Below are positions 60,470-64,000 of a DNA stretch of 64,000 nt, piece by piece. The stretch is from positions 365 through 64,364 of the forward strand of contig CALVID010000004.1 in NCBI GenBank assembly GCA_944329355.1, given 5' to 3'. Under the pieces are notes generated by a model. That model had not been told where the DNA came from. It ran no database searches and saw nothing but the letters and a program-made list of their open reading frames with translations. Each line of letters opens with the position of its first letter. Within the stretch, counting starts at the first letter, position 1. Position numbers and translations under genes: made by a program. This DNA is from an uncultured Bacilli bacterium (GTDB lineage: Bacteria > Bacillota_I > Bacilli_A > RF39 > UBA660).

Positions 60470-60908
60470 CCCTATTTTTTATTATATTTTTTATAAAACC
60501 ATTTAATAAATTAGCCGTCGAAATATCATTTCCAAACTCTGTACCAATAACCATATCATTATCTAAAACCAAATTATATACAATTAATACACTATAATCA
60601 TCAACAACTTTCATAAAATCAGACAAATATTGTATCTGCTGATTAGAAAGTTCCCTTGGCAAATATAAAATCCCTCTTTTTTCATCATCTGTAGATATAT
60701 TTGTAAATACAACATTATTCAATAATGTTAAATAATATACTGGAAGATTAGGTTCTTCCATATAATCCAAATTTTCAAATCCATGAATATTAGAATAGCT
60801 TTTAGAAACATAATCAATCAAACATTGAGCATGATAATCATAATTAAACAAATAACCCAAATAAGTAATTTTCTCATCATTTATAATAGCTGCCATATAA
60901 TCATCCAA
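60441..60908 (-). CDS. Paralog 4 of the same family
   Basis: Motifs 'YHAQCLIDY' and 'GILYLPRELSNQQ'. Confidence 0.6.
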   Translation of the reverse strand: MDDYMAAIINDEKITYLGYLFNYDYHAQCLIDYVSKSYSNIHGFENLDYMEEPNLPVYYLTLLNNVVFTNISTDDEKRGILYLPRELSNQQIQYLSDFMKVVDDYSVLIVYNLVLDNDMVIGTEFGNDISTANLLNGFIKNIIKNRDDKNGKKYR

Positions 60909-60909
60909 A

Positions 60910-61371
60910 TTACTTCACCCACTTCTTAACACATTTCTTACTTTTAAAAAATTCATCTAAAAGAGCTACATTATCCAAAGCATCACTAGAATTAATAACA
61001 CTTTGTGGCTCGATACCACCTTTATTCTTAACTAAATTATAATTAATATAAATTGGCATTTCAGGAAGTAAAGAAAATAACTCGTATAAAGATTCTTTCT
61101 GTTTTTCATTTATTTCTCTAGGTACAAAAAGTAAACCATAACCTACAGAATGTGAATAAACTATATTATTCAAATTATTTAAAAGTATAATAATTTCTTC
61201 ATTAAATCGCATTGAATCCGCATTCACTTCATTGGCTAAATCGTCATAATAAGTATATAAATAATCCTTCAAAGCTTCAAGGTGAAATCTATACTCATCT
61301 GTTTCCCCAAAATAACGAATCAAACCACTACTATCAATAACCACTAATTCATACTTATTAATATCATGCAT
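60910..61371 (-). CDS. Paralog 3 of the same family
   Basis: Motifs 'FHLEALKDY' and 'GLLFVPREINEKQ'. Confidence 0.6.
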   Translation of the reverse strand: MHDINKYELVVIDSSGLIRYFGETDEYRFHLEALKDYLYTYYDDLANEVNADSMRFNEEIIILLNNLNNIVYSHSVGYGLLFVPREINEKQKESLYELFSLLPEMPIYINYNLVKNKGGIEPQSVINSSDALDNVALLDEFFKSKKCVKKWVK

Positions 61372-61378
61372 AAATTAC

Positions 61379-61834
61379 TCATCTCCTAAAGTTTTTAGTA
61401 TTCTTCCTAGTCAAATATTCTTCCAATGCAATTCTTAAAGTACAATCATTATTCATACCTATTACTTTTCTCATAATATTACCTTCAACTTCTACCATAT
61501 CAAAACATAATCCAACTTTTTGATTTCCAAGATCAATATTATTCAAAGTTTCTAATTGCTCCTCCGTAAGCTCATCAGGAAAATAAAACATTCCAAAATT
61601 ATTTCCATTAAGATAAGTTATATCACCTAAAAGCGCTAACTGATAAGCTAATCTTTCATCCACATTACCTAAAGACAAATTACTAACATCAATATCCAAA
61701 TGATTTATATTAATATAATCTAATAAATATTTTACATGTTTACTTTGTTCATTAACTCTCCCCATTATATGAGGTATTCCACTTTCGTCAATTGTTGTAA
61801 CCTTACTATCAATAATCTTTCTTTCCATTTTCAT
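61379..61834 (-). CDS. Paralog 2 of the same family
   Basis: Motifs 'KHVKYLLDY' and 'GMFYFPDELTEEQ'. Confidence 0.6.
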   Translation of the reverse strand: MKMERKIIDSKVTTIDESGIPHIMGRVNEQSKHVKYLLDYININHLDIDVSNLSLGNVDERLAYQLALLGDITYLNGNNFGMFYFPDELTEEQLETLNNIDLGNQKVGLCFDMVEVEGNIMRKVIGMNNDCTLRIALEEYLTRKNTKNFRR

Positions 61835-61839
61835 CCTCC

Positions 61840-62301
61840 TTATCTTTGGTAATTTTTTATTTCTTTCACGTCTAAATATTCATTAAAAACCTCTTTTAAA
61901 GACTGATTACCATCCTCACCAATAATAAAGAAATGAACAAATTTACCAAAATCTACAGGATCATAACAAATTGCTACTTTTTTACGATCAAAATTTAACT
62001 CATTAATAACATTTACCTGTTTACTAGAAATCTCATTGGGAAAATAAAACATACTATACTCAAGACCATCAACAACATCATTATATATAACTATATATCC
62101 AAAATTACCCAAATGAAAAGCAAACACATCCCTTCGCATTTCATCATTTAAATTAGTAAGCTCATCTTCACCAATAAAATTCTTTTCAATATATTCATAT
62201 AAATAATCTACATGAAATATTCCATCACCAATTTGACCCATCTTATTAATATTCCCATCATGATCAATTAAAGCTACTTTACAATTTGCCAAATCATTCA
62301 T
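61840..62301 (-). CDS. Paralog 1 of the same family
   Basis: Motifs 'FHVDYLYEY' and 'SMFYFPNEISSKQ'. Confidence 0.6.
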   Translation of the reverse strand: MNDLANCKVALIDHDGNINKMGQIGDGIFHVDYLYEYIEKNFIGEDELTNLNDEMRRDVFAFHLGNFGYIVIYNDVVDGLEYSMFYFPNEISSKQVNVINELNFDRKKVAICYDPVDFGKFVHFFIIGEDGNQSLKEVFNEYLDVKEIKNYQR

Positions 62302-62398
62302 TTAAATCACTCTTTCCACATATATTTTACCACATTTTTTGAAAACCTTTTATTTTTTTTAGAATATAATACTATGGAAAAAGAAAGGAGAAGATTTT

Positions 62399-63385
62399 TT
62401 GAAAAAACTTATAATTATTTTATTAGTCATAGGGCTTATCATTACGGGATTTTTTGTTTTCAAACCACAAAAAGAAAATAAAAATCTCACAAAAGTTAAA
62501 GTAGCTGAAGTAACCCATAGTATATTTTATGCCCCACAGTATATAGCTCATTCATTAGGTTATTTCGAAGAAGAAGGCTTAGACGTAGAAATTATTTTAA
62601 CTTCAGGTGCCGATAAAGTTACCTCTGCAGTTTTATCCGGTGATGTCCAAATAGGCTTCTGTGGTAGTGAATCTACAATTTATAATTACAATCAAGGCAA
62701 CAAAGACTACCTGATTAACTTTGCTGGATTAACAAAAAAAGACGGAAGCTTCTTAGTATCTAGAGAAAAAAGAGAAAACTTTAAGTTAGAAGATTTAAAA
62801 AACAAACATATTATTGGTGGAAGAAAAGGCGGGATGCCAGCCATGACTTTAGAATATGCATTAAACAAAAGTGGTATCAAAAGCAATGAAACCAATATTG
62901 ATACAAGTATTGATTTTGCTTCAATGTCAGGAGCTTTTATAGGTGGTACAGGCGATTATGTTGCTTTATTTGAACCAACTGCTTCTGAACTAGAAAAAGA
63001 AGGTTATGGATATATAGTTGCTTCTATTGGTGAATTAGGAGGAGATGTCCCATATACAACCTACAATGCTAAAAAAAGTTATATTGAACAAAATCCAGAT
63101 ATCATTAAAGGTTTTACTAAAGCAATACAAAAAGGATTAGATTATGTCCATAATCACACTAGTAAAGAAATAGCCAAAAACATTCAAGAATATTTTCCAG
63201 ACACTAAAGAAGAAGAATTAATAAATATAGTCCAAAGATATAAAGAAATCGATTCTTGGTATGATACCACTTATATAAGTGAAAAAGATTTTAAACACAT
63301 TCAAGAAATCGTTAAAAATGCAAACGAACTCGACAAAGAAGTACCTTATAATAAATTAGTAGATAATAGTTACTCAAAAAAATAA
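62399..63385 (+). CDS. ABC transporter substrate-binding protein (NMT1/THI5-SsuA-like)
   Basis: TTG start after AAAGGAG. It has an N-terminal anchor 'LIIILLVIGLIITGFFVF', then 'VKVAEVTHSIFYAPQYIAHSLGYFEEEGLDVEI'. Confidence 0.7.
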   Translation: MKKLIIILLVIGLIITGFFVFKPQKENKNLTKVKVAEVTHSIFYAPQYIAHSLGYFEEEGLDVEIILTSGADKVTSAVLSGDVQIGFCGSESTIYNYNQGNKDYLINFAGLTKKDGSFLVSREKRENFKLEDLKNKHIIGGRKGGMPAMTLEYALNKSGIKSNETNIDTSIDFASMSGAFIGGTGDYVALFEPTASELEKEGYGYIVASIGELGGDVPYTTYNAKKSYIEQNPDIIKGFTKAIQKGLDYVHNHTSKEIAKNIQEYFPDTKEEELINIVQRYKEIDSWYDTTYISEKDFKHIQEIVKNANELDKEVPYNKLVDNSYSKK

Positions 63386-64000
63386 TGGATATTTTAAAAG
63401 TTAAAAATTTAAAAAAAATATACCACACTAAAACAGGTGAAATTTTAGCTGTGGATAATTTTTCATTAAATTTAAAACAAGGTGAATTTGTCGCCATTGT
63501 TGGTCCTAGTGGTTGTGGAAAAAGCACTATTCTTTCAATACTATGTGGACTAGATAAAGCATCTAGTGGAAGCATAAATATTCAAAAAAATTTAAAATTC
63601 GGATACATGCTTCAAGGAGATAATCTCTTCGATTGGCGTACTATATATAAAAATTGTTTGTTAGGATTAGAATTAGAAAATAATCTCACCAAAGAAAACA
63701 TAAAATATGTTAATCAACTACTAGACACTTATGGATTAAAAGATTTTAAAAAAGCATATCCCAATAACTTATCTGGTGGCATGAGACAAAGAGTATCATT
63801 AATAAGAACATTAGCTACCAAACCAGATATTTTATTTTTAGATGAACCATTTTCTGCATTAGATTATCAAACTAGATTAGCTGTATCAGATGATGTATAC
63901 AAAATCATCAAAAAAGAGAAAAAAAGTGCTATTATGGTAACCCATGACCTCTCAGAAGCGATTAGTATGGCCGATAAAGTAATCGTTCTAACCAATAGAC
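63385..64000 (+). CDS. ABC transporter ATP-binding protein (3' end outside the window)
   Basis: Own translation. A TAATG junction at 63383-63387 links it to the SBP gene. Walker A 'GPSGCGKST', signature 'LSGGMRQR' and Walker B 'ILFLDEPFSALD'. Confidence 0.9.
   Translation, partial: MDILKVKNLKKIYHTKTGEILAVDNFSLNLKQGEFVAIVGPSGCGKSTILSILCGLDKASSGSINIQKNLKFGYMLQGDNLFDWRTIYKNCLLGLELENNLTKENIKYVNQLLDTYGLKDFKKAYPNNLSGGMRQRVSLIRTLATKPDILFLDEPFSALDYQTRLAVSDDVYKIIKKEKKSAIMVTHDLSEAISMADKVIVLTNR

Noticed and set aside
62302-62398. TPP or other riboswitch upstream of the NMT1/THI5-like ABC transporter
   Set aside because: The gap is only 97 nt of AT-rich sequence. It contains a TATAAT box and an RBS but none of the conserved TPP-riboswitch elements.

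Overview
AT-rich, low-GC Bacillota-type chromosomal segment, with almost all genes on the minus strand. All homology calls were made by eye from motifs; no searches were run.

The window has two parts.

(1) Positions 1-23022 look like an accessory island that abuts the 3' end of a tRNA-Leu(CAA) gene.
- It carries one 19-kb co-directional cluster.
- The right half (7158-19030) has a Tad/Flp-type pilus gene set: CpaB-like, TadA/CpaF ATPase, TadB- and TadC-like platform proteins, a 72-aa pilin candidate, two TadE-like paralogs, a TadZ-like ParA protein, and large Cys-rich secreted proteins.
- The left half (1-7062) has a Gram-positive VirB4-type T4SS module in pCF10-like order: three VirB2/TrbC-like proteins, VirB6-like, PrgI/VirB3-like, a VirB4 split into two coupled ORFs, and a membrane-anchored cysteine-peptidase hydrolase cut by the window edge.
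- Next to it lie a translationally coupled AIPR-like plus family-6 UDG-like pair and a transglutaminase-like gene.
- No relaxase, VirD4, integrase or prepilin peptidase is visible in the window.
- The Tad/T4SS composite is my top candidate for an undescribed system.

(2) Positions 23196-64000 are core housekeeping genes: scpAB, recA, pgsA, rnpB, gpsB, a short alaS, frr, pflBA, hrcA-grpE-dnaK-pepF-dnaJ, ligA, pcrA and an ABC transporter. Small accessory islets interrupt them:
- two AAA/DUF4143-type ATPases flanking a FIST-ALDH-ADH operon;
- an AbiEi-like plus ORF6N/PLD-like pair;
- a tandem array of five diverged paralogs of an unrecognised ~150-aa cytoplasmic protein family.
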